From: Actinomycetes bacterium | GTDB taxonomy: Bacteria > Actinomycetota > Acidimicrobiia > Acidimicrobiales > Bog-793 | Length of the DNA: 64,000 nucleotides | Assembly (NCBI GenBank): GCA_021838945.1 | Contig: JAKCCH010000003.1 | Coordinates: 792 to 64,791 of the forward strand | Direction of reading: 5' to 3' | Part shown: positions 54,558 to 64,000 of the stretch, one piece after another | Position numbering within the stretch: position 1 is the first letter of the stretch | How the letters are laid out: every line of letters begins with the position of its first letter | The notes under the pieces: model-generated | What the model was told of the DNA's origin: nothing | The model's database searches: none | Seen by the model: the letters and a program-made list of their open reading frames with translations, nothing else | Translations under genes and position numbers: made by a program

Positions 54558-55587
54558 CGGCGACGAGGGCGTCGACGATCTCGTCGAGATCGCCCATGAG
54601 GATTCGGTCGAGCTTGTAGAGGGTGAGGTTGATCCGGTGGTCGGTGACCCGGTTCTCCTTGAAGTTGTACGTGCGGATCTTCTCGGACCTCCCGCCCGAG
54701 CCGACCTGGGCCTTGCGCTGGACGGCGAGCTCCGCATCCTGGCGGCTCTGCTCCAGTTCGTAGAGGCGGGCCCTCAGCACCTGCATCGCCCGCGCCCGGT
54801 TCTGGATCTGGCTCTTCTCGTCCTGCATCGAGACCACGAGGCCCGTCGGAAGGTGTGTGATGCGCACGGCGGAGTCGGTCGTGTTGACGGACTGCCCGCC
54901 CGGCCCGGTGGAGCGGTACACATCGACGCGGAGGTCGTTCGGGTCGATCTCGATCTCGACCTCGTCCGCCTCCGGCAGCACGTTCACGGCCGCCGAGGAC
55001 GTGTGCACACGTCCCTGCGACTCTGTCACCGGGACGCGCTGGACCCGGTGAGGCCCTGCCTCGTGCTTCAGTCGCTGCCAGGCGTCCTCACCCTTCACGA
55101 CGAACGTCACCGAGTCGATCCCGTTCAGATCCGACTCGCGCAGGTCGAGCACCTCGACCCGCCACCCGCGCCGGTCGGCGTAGCGCAGGTACATGTCGTA
55201 CAGGTCCTTCGCGAAGAGGTTCGCCTCCTCCCCGCCCTCTGCTCCACGGATCTCCACGATGACGTTGCGGCCGTCGTTCGGGTCCTTCGGCAGAAGCAGG
55301 GTTCGCAGCTCGTCCTCGAGGCGCGCCGCCCGCGATTCGGCTGCCTCGATCTCCTGCTGTGCCAGCTCGCGCTCCTCGCCGGTGGACTCGCCGTGCAGCT
55401 CGCGGGCCGTCGAGACGTCGTCCTCGGCTCCCCTCAGCTCCCGCATCGTGCGGACGAGATTCTCGAGCTCCTTGTGACGGCGCGAGAGATCGCGCAGCTG
55501 GCGCGGGTCGTTGCCGATCGAGGGATCGGCCAAGCGGGCGAGGACGTCCTCGTACTCCGCCTCGAACTCAGGAAGTCGTTCGAGCAC
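54526..55587 (-). CDS. prfA: Peptide chain release factor 1
   Basis: 353 aa with a GTG start. PVT tripeptide (RVPVTESQGR) and GGQ (STGPGGQSVN). Confidence 0.96.
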   Translation of the reverse strand: MLERLPEFEAEYEDVLARLADPSIGNDPRQLRDLSRRHKELENLVRTMRELRGAEDDVSTARELHGESTGEERELAQQEIEAAESRAARLEDELRTLLLPKDPNDGRNVIVEIRGAEGGEEANLFAKDLYDMYLRYADRRGWRVEVLDLRESDLNGIDSVTFVVKGEDAWQRLKHEAGPHRVQRVPVTESQGRVHTSSAAVNVLPEADEVEIEIDPNDLRVDVYRSTGPGGQSVNTTDSAVRITHLPTGLVVSMQDEKSQIQNRARAMQVLRARLYELEQSRQDAELAVQRKAQVGSGGRSEKIRTYNFKENRVTDHRINLTLYKLDRILMGDLDEIVDALVADERIRQLQSA

Positions 55588-55695
55588 GGGACGAGGTTAG
55601 GTCGGGCGTGGGGGGACGCTCGGTCGAGGCACGGTCCCGAGCGCCGCGACAGTTGGTCTCGGCTCGTTCCCGGTCGCCGCCTCCGGGAGCGGCGT

Positions 55696-55911
55696 TCAGG
55701 ACGTCTTCGACCTGCGCGGGCCGTAGCGGCGCTCGAAGCGCTCCACCCGGCCACCGGTGTCGACCAGCTTCTGCTTGCCCGTGTAGAAGGGGTGGCACTC
55801 GTTGCACAACTCGACATGAAGGTCGGCCTTCGTCGAGCGCGTCTGGAACGTGTTGCCGCACGAGCAGTGGACAGTCGCCAGCACGTAGTTCGGGTGGATG
55901 TCGGCTTTCAT
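55696..55911 (-). CDS. rpmE: 50S ribosomal protein L31 (Zn-binding type)
   Basis: [47 protein letters not shown]... has four Cys arranged C-x-C...C-x-x-C. Start trimmed to the ATG at 55911. Confidence 0.95.
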   Translation of the reverse strand: MKADIHPNYVLATVHCSCGNTFQTRSTKADLHVELCNECHPFYTGKQKLVDTGGRVERFERRYGPRRSKTS

Positions 55912-56031
55912 GGCGCGCACAGTCTACGGGAATTCACATCGACCTCGAACGGGCCCGGCGGAGGAGCAGAACTCCTGCGGGATCTGTCGCTCACCGGGTG
56001 CCCACCAGCTCCTGCCGGGGCTCGGCGGACC

Positions 56032-58026
56032 TCAGTTGTTGGGGATCGGCGCCTTCGCGATCTCTGCGAGGAAGTCCTCGTTCGAACGGGATTGCTTGAT
56101 CTTGTCCATCAGCAGCTCGAGTCCCGCGGCCGCGTTGCCCTCGGAGCCGAGCGCGTTCAGCACCCGCCGCAGCTTCCACACCTGCTGCAGCTGGTTCCGG
56201 TCGAACAGCAGCTCCTCGTGTCGCGTCGAGCTCGCGTTCACGTCGATCGCCGGGTAGATCCGCCGTTCGGCAAGCTTGCGGTCGAGGCGGAGCTCCATGT
56301 TGCCGGTGCCTTTGAACTCCTCGAAGATGACCTCGTCCATCTTGGAGCCCGTCTCGACGAGGGCCGTCGCGAGGATGGTGAGCGAACCGCCCTCCTCGAT
56401 GTTCCGTGCCGCACCGAAGAACTTCCGCGGCGGGTACAGGGCACCGGAGTCGACACCACCTGACATGATCCGGCCGGTTGCGGGCTGCGCCAGGTTGTAC
56501 GCCCGGGCGAGCCGCGTGATGCCGTCGAGGATGATGACGACGTCACGACCGAGCTCGACGAGCCGCTTCGCCCGTTCGATGGCGAGCTCCGAGACGGCCG
56601 TGTGCTCCTCCGACGGGCGGTCGAACGTCGAGGCGATCACCTCGCCCTTCACCGATCGCCGCATGTCCGTCACCTCTTCCGGCCGCTCCTCGACGAGGAG
56701 GACCATGAGGTGCACGTCGGGGTTGTTCGCCTCGATGGAATGGGCGATCTGCTTGAGGACCGTCGTCTTGCCAGCCTTCGGCGGTGACACGATGAGGCCA
56801 CGCTGGCCCTTTCCGATCGGCGAGATGAGATCGACGATCCGAGCCGTGAGGTTCGCCGGGTCGTCCGGCATCTCGAGGCGCAGCCGCTCGTCCGGGAAGA
56901 GCGGTGTCAGATCTTCGAAACGCCGCCTCCGCGCCGCCTCCTCCGGTGCCATCCCACAGATCGTGTCGATGCGCAGGAGCGCCGGGTACTTCTCGCTCGG
57001 GCCGGCGGGGCGGCAGCCGCCCTCGATGGCATCGCCACGACGCAGGCCGAAACGGCGCGCCTGGCTGATCGAGACGTAGACGTCCTTCGGGCTCGGCAGG
57101 TAACCGCTCGTGCGGAGGAAGCCGTAACCCTCGTCCCGCAGGTCGAGCAGTCCCTTGACGGGCACGAGCTCACCCTGGAAGGGCGCATCAGCCTGACCTC
57201 CCTGCAGCTCACGTTCGCCGCGCTCCCGGTCACGCCCGCGCCGGCGGCGGCTGCGGCGGTTGCCCGCCTCGGCCGGCTGGCCGCCCTGGAACTGCTGCCG
57301 GTTCTGGTTCTGCTGGCTCTGCTGGCTCTGCTGGCTCTGCTGGCTCTGCTGCGAACGAATCTGCGTTGCCGCACCGCCGCCGTGGGGCTGCGATCCGTTT
57401 CCACTCTCGCCGCCACTCGCAGCCGGGTCGGCGCCCCCGTCAGCGGAGGTGTCGCCACCGTCTGCGGCGGGCGCGTTCGACCGCGCTCGGTCGCGGGACT
57501 CGGCAGCACCGGAACCGTTCGCCGACGGACGCTCGTCCGGCCGCGTGTCGGCCTGCGAGGCGGGGGAGCGCGGCGACTCTGGTGCGTCCGCGCCCGACGC
57601 GACAACCGGTTCGGACTCCTGGTCGCTCCCAGCCTGCGCAGGGGCGGCGCCGGCATCTGCGCCGTCGACCGTCGAGTCCGCGCCGGAGCTCGGCACCGAC
57701 GCATCCTTCTTCGCTGCCCGGGTGCGACCTGGCCGCTTCGCAGCGGTCGCCTTGCCGTTCGAGCTTGCCTCGCCGTCGGCTTGTCCGGCGCTCGTCTCCG
57801 CCTCGTCGCTCGCCGCGCGGCCGCCACCCGACGCCGTGGCGTCGGTTCCGTGGCCGTTCGAGGCGGAACCATCCACTTCCACACCCGCTGCACGCAGGAT
57901 CTGGTTGACGAGGTCCGCCTTCTTCGTGCGGGGCGCCGTTTCGAGCGACATCGCCGTGGCAATGGCTCGCAGCTCATCGCTTGCCTTGCGCTCCAGGATC
58001 GAACGCTCGAGCTGCTCTGGGCTCAT
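56032..58026 (-). CDS. rho: Transcription termination factor Rho with a large low-complexity N-terminal insertion domain
   Basis: Trimmed to the ATG at 58026 ([29 protein letters not shown]...). An insertion of about 230 aa rich in A/G/S/D/R/Q is followed by the CSD-like region [14 protein letters not shown], Walker A SPPKAGKT and RecA-type ATPase motifs. Confidence 0.95.
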   Translation of the reverse strand: MSPEQLERSILERKASDELRAIATAMSLETAPRTKKADLVNQILRAAGVEVDGSASNGHGTDATASGGGRAASDEAETSAGQADGEASSNGKATAAKRPGRTRAAKKDASVPSSGADSTVDGADAGAAPAQAGSDQESEPVVASGADAPESPRSPASQADTRPDERPSANGSGAAESRDRARSNAPAADGGDTSADGGADPAASGGESGNGSQPHGGGAATQIRSQQSQQSQQSQQSQQNQNRQQFQGGQPAEAGNRRSRRRRGRDRERGERELQGGQADAPFQGELVPVKGLLDLRDEGYGFLRTSGYLPSPKDVYVSISQARRFGLRRGDAIEGGCRPAGPSEKYPALLRIDTICGMAPEEAARRRRFEDLTPLFPDERLRLEMPDDPANLTARIVDLISPIGKGQRGLIVSPPKAGKTTVLKQIAHSIEANNPDVHLMVLLVEERPEEVTDMRRSVKGEVIASTFDRPSEEHTAVSELAIERAKRLVELGRDVVIILDGITRLARAYNLAQPATGRIMSGGVDSGALYPPRKFFGAARNIEEGGSLTILATALVETGSKMDEVIFEEFKGTGNMELRLDRKLAERRIYPAIDVNASSTRHEELLFDRNQLQQVWKLRRVLNALGSEGNAAAGLELLMDKIKQSRSNEDFLAEIAKAPIPNN
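57310..57351. repeat. Perfect 9-bp tandem repeat (4 copies plus a partial) inside rho, encoding (SQQ)n
   Basis: CTGCTGGCT repeats four times at 57310-57345 and is followed by CTGCTG. On the minus strand this encodes [15 protein letters not shown] within ...[27 protein letters not shown]... Confidence 0.9.
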
Positions 58027-58226
58027 CGACTTCCTCTCTTCGTTGGTGTCGCGGTCTGCATTCGGTTTGCCGGGAAGGCTGGGGGCTCCCAGCCGACCGG
58101 CGGTGGGATACATCCGAGTGGCTTCGCTACCGCCGGCATCATCGGGCCCCGGGACCCGGACGAACCGTGCCCCGCGTCACCCGCAATGTCGCTGATCGTC
58201 GGGTAGGCAACCGGGAAAAGTGGCGT

Positions 58227-58250
58227 GAGACGCGCAGACCGAGGCGTCTC
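58227..58250 (-). promoter_or_regulatory. Hairpin followed by a short U run within the rho 5' leader
   Basis: Minus-strand RNA reads GAGACGC-CUCGGUCUGC-GCGUCUC followed by ACGCCACUUUUCCC. It lies about 200 nt upstream of the rho ATG. Confidence 0.3.
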
Positions 58251-58283
58251 CTGCTCTTCCCCCGCCTCTACGGTCGCTTCCTC

Positions 58284-58360
58284 TGAGATGAGGTGAGTTG
58301 GTAAAGGTGCTTTCGCGACGACGAGCGAAGGTGAAGCCGATGGTAGTGCGAGCGGTTGGC
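58284..58360 (-). promoter_or_regulatory. C-rich / G-poor (rut-like) tract in the rho 5' leader
   Basis: Hand count on the rho-sense strand gives 33 C versus 11 G in 77 nt. This includes a 26-nt stretch (58284-58309) with 12 C and no G. Confidence 0.35.
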
Positions 58361-58478
58361 ATCAGGCAACAACCCTCGGTGTGTGGTTACCCGTCCGGTC
58401 CCCTAGCCGAACCGCCTAGGAAGAGATTACCGCCTTTCGCACGTACCCGTTACGCGTCCCCGGTCCTCGGCGCGCCAG

Positions 58479-59537
58479 CTAGAGGCCGATCGCCGCAAGC
58501 ACTGAGTCCATGTCAGCGTCCACGGCCGTTGGCACCGTCAGCTGGCTGATCGCAAGATCGGGATCCTTCAACCCGTGCCCGGTGAGAACGCAGACGACCC
58601 GGCTCCCTTCCGGCACTCCGACCTTGACGAGGCCGGCGACCGAGGCGGCCGACGCGGCCTCGCAGAACACCGACTCCTCCTCCGCGAGGAAGCGGTACGC
58701 CTGGAGGATCTCGTCGTCGGTGACGGCGTGGATGCCTCCGCCGGACTCGCTCGCGGCAGCTGTCGCGCCGTACCACGAGGCGGGGTTGCCGATGCGGATG
58801 GCGGTGGCGATCGTCTCCGGGTTCTCGACCGCTGCACCGTTCACGATCGGAGCGGCACCCGCGGCTTGGAACCCCAGCATCCTCGGCAGCACGCTCGAAC
58901 GACCCGCCTTCCGATACTCGAGATAACCACGCCAGTAGGCGGTGATGTTCCCGGCGTTGCCGACCGGGATGCAATGTACGTCGGGCGCATCGCCGAGCAC
59001 GTCGACGATCTCGAAGGCTCCGGTCATCTGCCCCGCGATGCGGTCCGGGTTGATCGAGTTGACGACGACCACGGGAGCTCTCGCCGGCAGCTCTCGCACG
59101 ATCTCGAGCGCGACGTCGAAATTGCCACGCACCTGCACGACGCGGGCGCCGTGGACGAGGGCCTGGGCGAGCTTCCCGAGCGCGATGTGACCTTCGGGGA
59201 TCAGGACGGCGCACACCATCCCGGCCCGGGCGCCGTACGCGGCCGCAGATGCCGAGGTGTTGCCGGTAGACGCGCAGACGACCGCCTCCGCTCCCGCCTC
59301 GGCCGCCCTCGATATCGCGAGGGTCATGCCGCGGTCCTTGAAGGATCCCGTCGGGTTCAACCCTTCGAGCTTCAAGAACACCTCGGCGCCGACACGTGCT
59401 GACAGCCGTGGGGCGGGCAACAGGGGCGTCGCCCCCTCGAGCAGCGTCACGACGGGCGTCTCGTCGGTGACCGGCAGATAGGGCCGGTACTCCTCGATGA
59501 TCCCCCGCCAGGCGCGGCGACCAGCTAGCCGGCTCAT
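58479..59537 (-). CDS. thrC: Threonine synthase
   Basis: Trimmed to the ATG at 59537 ([40 protein letters not shown]...). PLP-Lys motif is [10 protein letters not shown]. Confidence 0.95.
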   Translation of the reverse strand: MSRLAGRRAWRGIIEEYRPYLPVTDETPVVTLLEGATPLLPAPRLSARVGAEVFLKLEGLNPTGSFKDRGMTLAISRAAEAGAEAVVCASTGNTSASAAAYGARAGMVCAVLIPEGHIALGKLAQALVHGARVVQVRGNFDVALEIVRELPARAPVVVVNSINPDRIAGQMTGAFEIVDVLGDAPDVHCIPVGNAGNITAYWRGYLEYRKAGRSSVLPRMLGFQAAGAAPIVNGAAVENPETIATAIRIGNPASWYGATAAASESGGGIHAVTDDEILQAYRFLAEEESVFCEAASAASVAGLVKVGVPEGSRVVCVLTGHGLKDPDLAISQLTVPTAVDADMDSVLAAIGL

Positions 59538-59548
59538 CTCCTGCGCCG

Positions 59549-60886
59549 TCACGGTCCTGACGGGTCGGGCCCGATCACGCGCAGCACACACCCGATCCGC
59601 TCGACCGAGTCGAGGCCGGCCAGCTCGGCGATTGTCGCCTGAACGTCCGCCTCGAGAGCTGTGTGGGTGATGAAGACGAGGCGCGCCTCGCTCCCGAGGC
59701 CGACCTGTTCCATCGAACGAATCGACACGTTGTGCTCACCGAACACGGAGGCGACCGCGGCGAGCACACCCGGCTGGTCAGCGACGTCGAGCGACAGGTA
59801 GTACTGGGTCCGCAGCGCCGAGATGGGGCGCAGGACGGGTCGCCTCCGCATCGCCGAACGTGCCCGCGTCTGCTCCCGGACGTGGTGCGCGGCTTCGATG
59901 ACGTCGCCGAGGACGGCGCTCGCCGTCGGCCGCCCGCCCGCACCGCGGCCGTAGATCATCAGCTCTCCCGCCGCATCGCCCTCCACGAACACGGCGTTGA
60001 ATGCGCCACGAACGCTCGCGAGCGGGTGGTCGGTCGGGACCATGGCAGGGTGCACACGCACCGAGACCGCCGTAGAGCCGTGCTCATCGACCCTCTCAGC
60101 GACTGCGAGGAGCTTCACCTCGTAGCCGAGCCGGTGCGCGAACTCGATGTCGCTGGCGCCGATGGCCGAGATCCCCTCCCGGTACACGTCGGCTGCGACC
60201 ACGTCGGCATCGAACGCGATCCCGGCCACGATGGCAGCTTTCGCGGCGGCGTCGTAGCCCTCGACGTCGGCCGTCGGGTCGGCCTCCGCGTACCCGAGCG
60301 CCTGGGCGTCCGCCAGCGCCTCGGGGTAGCCGAGGCCCTCCTCGCTCATGCGGGTCAGCATGTAATTGGTCGTCCCGTTCACGATCCCGGTGAGTCGCAG
60401 GATCTGCTCGCCGGCAAGCGACTCCTTGAGCAACCGCACGAGCGGGATGGCACCGGCGACCGAGGCCTCGAACAACAGGTCGACACCTGCTGCCTCTGCG
60501 GCCGAGAGCAGCTCGGCGCCGCAAGCTGCCACGAGCTCCTTGTTCGCCGTCACGACCGGCTTCCCCGCCGCCAAGGCGTCGAGGACGAGGGTGCGGGCCG
60601 GCTCGATCCCGCCGATCAGCTCGACGACGATCTCGACGTTCGGGTCCTTGACGACGGTTGCTGCATCAGTGGTGACCCGGCCTGACAGCTGAGCGGGCGA
60701 GATCCCCTCCGGGCGGAGCCGCGTGGCGTCGCGGACCGCGACGCTCACGACCTCGAGCCGGATGCCCGTGCGCGCCGCGATCGCCTCGGCATCTCCATCG
60801 ACGAGCGCGAGAAACGCAGCTCCCACGTTCCCGCACCCGAGCAGCCCGAGACGCACCGGCTCTGCACAGGTGCTGGTCACGGCCAC
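59549..60886 (-). CDS. hom: Homoserine dehydrogenase (with C-terminal ACT domain)
   Basis: Track ORF 59549-61462 trimmed to the GTG at 60886 or 60880 (..[23 protein letters not shown]...). Contains ...TANKELVA...NGTTNYMLT... and a C-terminal ACT-like region [21 protein letters not shown]. Confidence 0.93.
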   Translation of the reverse strand: MAVTSTCAEPVRLGLLGCGNVGAAFLALVDGDAEAIAARTGIRLEVVSVAVRDATRLRPEGISPAQLSGRVTTDAATVVKDPNVEIVVELIGGIEPARTLVLDALAAGKPVVTANKELVAACGAELLSAAEAAGVDLLFEASVAGAIPLVRLLKESLAGEQILRLTGIVNGTTNYMLTRMSEEGLGYPEALADAQALGYAEADPTADVEGYDAAAKAAIVAGIAFDADVVAADVYREGISAIGASDIEFAHRLGYEVKLLAVAERVDEHGSTAVSVRVHPAMVPTDHPLASVRGAFNAVFVEGDAAGELMIYGRGAGGRPTASAVLGDVIEAAHHVREQTRARSAMRRRPVLRPISALRTQYYLSLDVADQPGVLAAVASVFGEHNVSIRSMEQVGLGSEARLVFITHTALEADVQATIAELAGLDSVERIGCVLRVIGPDPSGP

Positions 60887-60963
60887 ACGGTACTCGCGCC
60901 CGATCGGGCCGAGATCTGGCCGCCTGAGCTGGCCGCCGAGATCTGCCGCGTGCTCTCCCCGCC

Positions 60964-62268
60964 TCAGGGCTCGAGCCGGAGCAAGTCCTCCACCGTCTCG
61001 CGGCGCACGACGATCCGGGCCGACCCGCCCCCGGCGAAGACCACGGCCGGACGGGGGACCCGGTTGTAGTTCGACGCCATCGCGAACCCGTACGCACCGG
61101 TCACCGGCGTCGCGAGGACGTCGCCGACCTCGACGTCGTTCGGCAGCCGGGCGTCGCCGACGACCACGTCGCCGGACTCGCAGTGCTTCCCGACGATGCG
61201 GACGGGCATCGGCCGCGGCGCGTCGGGACTGCGCACCAGGAAGGCCTCGTACCCGCTTCCGTAGAGGACCGGCCGTGGGTTGTCGCTCATCCCGCCGTCG
61301 ACGGAGACGTAGGTGCGCAGCCCAGGCAGGCGCTTCACGGTGCCCACCCGATACAGCGTCAGACCGGCTGTGGCGACTATCGCCCGACCGGGCTCGGCGG
61401 TCACGGCGACGCCCTCGGGGAGGTGCGCAGCGACGCAGGCCGACCGGACCACCGCCGCCCACTCCGCCAGCGCCGGCGCGTGCTCACCGTTCAGGTACGC
61501 CACGCCGAGCCCACCGCCGATGCAGAGCTCGGCGAGGCCGTGGCGGCGGACGAACGGCGCGATAGCCGCCACCTCGCGTGCGTAGACGTCAGTCCGGAAG
61601 ATCTGGCTGCCGACGTGCGCGTGAGCCCCGAGCACCTCCGCGCCATCGAGCTTGCGAAGTGCCGCGATCGCCTCGTCGGCAGCTCCGGACGCCAGGCTGA
61701 AGCCGAACTTCGTGTCCTCCTGGCCGGTCATGACGTACTCGTGCGTGTGCGCCTCCACCCCGGGCGTCACTCGAACGAGGAGGGCGGGCGCGGGCGCTCC
61801 GAGTGCAGGAAGCAAGGAGCCGAGCCGGTCGATCTCGTCGAACGAGTCGACCACGATCCGGCCGATCCCGGCAGCGCGCGCGGCGGAGAGCTCCTCGGAC
61901 GACTTGTTGTTGCCGTGGAGCACCAGCCGGTCGGGGGGCACGCCGGCGGCGAGCACGATCGCGAGCTCCCCGCCCGATGCCACGTCGAGGAACATCCCCT
62001 CCTCCGAGGCGAGAGCCGCCATCGCCTTGCACAGGAACGCCTTCGTCCCGTACGCCACACCACTCCCGAAGGCAGCGACGGCTTCCCGGCAACGAGCGCG
62101 CAGATGCTGCTCGTCGTACACGAACAGCGGCGTGCTGAACTCCTCCGCCAGCTCGAGGAGATCGACCCCGCCCACCGAGAGGGCGCCGGAGGATCCCCGA
62201 GCCGCCGTCAACGGCAACAGGTGGCGAGCGATCGGCGCGGTGGACGGCGTCACATCGGCTTCCGTCAC
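60964..62268 (-). CDS. lysA: Diaminopimelate decarboxylase
   Basis: 434 aa with a GTG start (GTGA overlap with the argS stop). Contains ...TPLFVYDEQHLRARC...AYGTKAF...HVGSQI...GGGLGV...CESGD... Confidence 0.95.
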   Translation of the reverse strand: MTEADVTPSTAPIARHLLPLTAARGSSGALSVGGVDLLELAEEFSTPLFVYDEQHLRARCREAVAAFGSGVAYGTKAFLCKAMAALASEEGMFLDVASGGELAIVLAAGVPPDRLVLHGNNKSSEELSAARAAGIGRIVVDSFDEIDRLGSLLPALGAPAPALLVRVTPGVEAHTHEYVMTGQEDTKFGFSLASGAADEAIAALRKLDGAEVLGAHAHVGSQIFRTDVYAREVAAIAPFVRRHGLAELCIGGGLGVAYLNGEHAPALAEWAAVVRSACVAAHLPEGVAVTAEPGRAIVATAGLTLYRVGTVKRLPGLRTYVSVDGGMSDNPRPVLYGSGYEAFLVRSPDAPRPMPVRIVGKHCESGDVVVGDARLPNDVEVGDVLATPVTGAYGFAMASNYNRVPRPAVVFAGGGSARIVVRRETVEDLLRLEP

Positions 62269-63875
62269 ATCTGTTCTGGTGCGTCAACTCCGAGGAGCCC
62301 GAGCCCGATCGCAAGCCCGATGCGAGCCGCTTCCACGAGCCACAGCCGCGCTTGTGTCAGCTCGGGCGGCACATCCTCACCCATGACGTAGCAGTCGTGG
62401 TAGAAGCCGTGAAAGGCCGCCGCGAGCGACCTCACCCAGTTCGTGACCTTGTACGGAGCGCGTTCGAGGGCGGCGTCGGTGACGACCCGCGGCAGCTCCA
62501 CGAGCGACCGCAGGACATCGAGCTCGCGCGGGTGCGTGAGCAGGCTGAGGTCGGTCGCCTCGATCGGCACTCGGGCTATCCCGCGCTCGGCCGCCACGCG
62601 ATCGATCGACGCGATCCGGGCATGGGCGTACTGCACGTAGTACACGGGATTCTCCGCCGACTCGGCCGTCAGCCTGTCGAGGTCGAGCGTCGTCGCCTGG
62701 TCGATGGAGGCGAGGAGCGTCACGAGGCGTGCGGCATCGGCACCGAGGATCTGGATGAGGTCGGAGAGCGGGACGTAGATGCCTGCTCGTTTGGACATGC
62801 GGTGGCCCACGAGCGAGATGAGCTGCCCGAGGCGGACTTCGAGGCGCCCCGGCTCCACGCCGAGGGCTTCCACTCCCGCCTTGATCGAGGCCACCTGCCC
62901 GTGGTGATCGGCCCCCCAGACGTTGATGACCCGGTCGAACCCCCTCACCAGGAACTTGTCCCGGTGGTAGGCGAGATCCCCGGCCAAGTACGTCGCATCT
63001 CCATTCGACTTGACGAGCACACGATCGCGCGTGTCTCCGAACGCTGTGGAGCGCAACCACACTGCACCGTCTTCCTCGTACACGTGGCCCTGCCGGCGGA
63101 GGAAGGCGATGGTGTCGGCGACCTGCCCGCTCTCTTCGATCGACGCCTGCGAGTACCACTCGTCGAAGCGGACGTGGATCTGCTCCAACGTCTCCTTGAT
63201 GTTGTCGAGGATTCGATCGGCGGCGAACCGGCCGGCAGCGACCACCTCCTCGGGACCGTCGTACTGCTCGGCCAGCTCGGCGACGTACGCGCCCTGGTAA
63301 CCGCCTTCGGGCACGCTCTCTCCCCGGCGGCGGGCGAGGATGCTCTCGCCGAGGGCCCGGATCTGCCCGCCGGTGTCGTTCACGTAGTACTCGCGCTGCA
63401 CCTTCCATCCGGCGCGACTCATGATCCTTCCGAGCGCGTCGCCGTAGGAGGCGAACCATCCGTTGCCGACGTGCAGGGGCCCGGTGGGGTTGGCCGAGAC
63501 GAACTCGATCTGCACCCGCTCGCCGCGACCGAGATCGGGGCTCGCGTAACCGGTCTCGCCTCCGGCCACGACTTCCCTCAAGATGTCATGCAGCCAGCGC
63601 GGGGAGAGCTTGAAGTTGATGAAGCCCGGCCCGGCCACTTCGATCGCTTCCACGTGCTCGATCGTCGAGTCGCGGAGCGCTCCGGCGAGCTCCTCGGCCA
63701 GATCCCGCGGTCTGCGTTCGGCTTGCTTGTAAAGGATGAGGGCGACGTTGGTCGACCAGTCGCCGTGCTCCGGCCGCTGCGGCCGCGAGAGTTGAACCGC
63801 GTCGGCCGGCGCGTCGACACCGAGTCGCGCCAACTGCTCGGTGATCGCCCTCGCGAGCGTCGTTTCTGCGCTCAT
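62265..63875 (-). CDS. argS: Arginine--tRNA ligase
   Basis: 536 aa with SANPTGPLHVGNG (HIGH-type motif) and a C-terminal anticodon-binding DALR domain ending ...GLLGVDAPEQM. Confidence 0.96.
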   Translation of the reverse strand: MSAETTLARAITEQLARLGVDAPADAVQLSRPQRPEHGDWSTNVALILYKQAERRPRDLAEELAGALRDSTIEHVEAIEVAGPGFINFKLSPRWLHDILREVVAGGETGYASPDLGRGERVQIEFVSANPTGPLHVGNGWFASYGDALGRIMSRAGWKVQREYYVNDTGGQIRALGESILARRRGESVPEGGYQGAYVAELAEQYDGPEEVVAAGRFAADRILDNIKETLEQIHVRFDEWYSQASIEESGQVADTIAFLRRQGHVYEEDGAVWLRSTAFGDTRDRVLVKSNGDATYLAGDLAYHRDKFLVRGFDRVINVWGADHHGQVASIKAGVEALGVEPGRLEVRLGQLISLVGHRMSKRAGIYVPLSDLIQILGADAARLVTLLASIDQATTLDLDRLTAESAENPVYYVQYAHARIASIDRVAAERGIARVPIEATDLSLLTHPRELDVLRSLVELPRVVTDAALERAPYKVTNWVRSLAAAFHGFYHDCYVMGEDVPPELTQARLWLVEAARIGLAIGLGLLGVDAPEQM

Positions 63876-63973
63876 CCCAATCTGAGGATGGCCGAACGAG
63901 GGCTAGCATGCAACCGAGCAGGGGGCAGACCGTGCCCGCCGGAGCTGTCGGCGCCCCGTGTCCTCAAATTCCG

Positions 63974-64000
63974 GCCCTCGTAGCTCAGTGGATAGAGCAC
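63974..64000 (+). tRNA. 5' part of a tRNA gene (probably tRNA-Arg), truncated by the window edge
   Basis: GCCCTCG (acceptor), TA, then the D-arm GCTC-AGTGGATA-GAGC, then AC. I associate this D-arm with tRNA-Arg. The anticodon lies outside the window. Confidence 0.7.

Noticed and set aside
54427-56463. 678-aa plus-strand ORF
   Set aside because: It is antisense to prmC, prfA, rpmE and the 3' end of rho, all of which are unambiguous. It has no motifs of its own.
56907-57977. 356-aa alternative-frame minus-strand ORF inside rho
   Set aside because: It lies in the low-complexity insertion-domain region of rho, where every frame stays open. The rho frame is continuous with the conserved ATPase core.
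58177-58549. Short ORFs in the thrC-rho gap (61 aa on the minus strand at 58177-58362, 83 aa on the plus strand at 58298-58549)
   Set aside because: Their third-codon GC is clearly lower than that of every confident gene here. They have no ribosome-binding site or recognisable motif, and the plus-strand one runs antisense into thrC. I treat the region as rho leader RNA. A translated uORF cannot be excluded.
60887-61462. N-terminal extension of the hom ORF (track ORF 59549-61462) overlapping lysA
   Set aside because: The extension overlaps the 3' end of lysA in another frame and is Arg-rich. The GTG at 60886/60880 gives the canonical [10 protein letters not shown] Rossmann N-terminus.

Overview
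Very GC-rich, gene-dense chromosomal core segment that looks actinobacterial. I call 56 protein genes (all but five on the minus strand) and one tRNA truncated by the window edge. I see no rRNA, CRISPR array, transposase, integrase or phage genes. The right part (42.3-64 kb) is the classic actinobacterial block argS-lysA-hom-thrC-(no thrB)-rho-rpmE-prfA-prmC-tsaC-glyA-wecA-atpZ/I-atpBEFHAGDC. From memory this is collinear with Mycobacterium tuberculosis Rv1292-Rv1311. The left part carries, in order: the 5' end of leuA; a four-gene sugar/glycerophosphodiester-type ABC importer; serA, an aminotransferase and serC; ilvBNC; gatCAB; an esterase, an SCP2 protein and an SDR; a PASTA Ser/Thr kinase preceded by a six-Asp-box BNR propeller protein; ligA; iscS-mnmA; an anchored alpha/beta hydrolase; a galT-like gene; treS-mak; echA; glpX; murA; meaB; tyrS; an unusually long transketolase-family protein; and a 2H-phosphoesterase::GNAT fusion. 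I do not see a convincing novel multi-gene system here (no defence, toxin-antitoxin, secretion or biosynthetic cluster). The most informative signals missing from the ORF track are regulatory. Short Leu-rich and Leu/Val/Ile-rich leader peptides with downstream hairpins sit in front of leuA and ilvB and share one promoter-like geometry. Five helically phased 11-bp repeats lie upstream of the leuA leader. A 450-nt rho leader fills the slot where thrB normally sits and contains a C-rich/G-poor rut-like tract. Protein-level oddities are MurA with Asp at the fosfomycin-target Cys position, extended ATP synthase alpha, epsilon and delta subunits, a Q-rich 9-bp repeat tract in the Rho insertion domain, the 2H::GNAT fusion and the long transketolase homologue. 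Many long ORFs in the track are antisense or alternate-frame artefacts of high GC and were rejected. All coordinates and counts were derived by eye and no database search was run.
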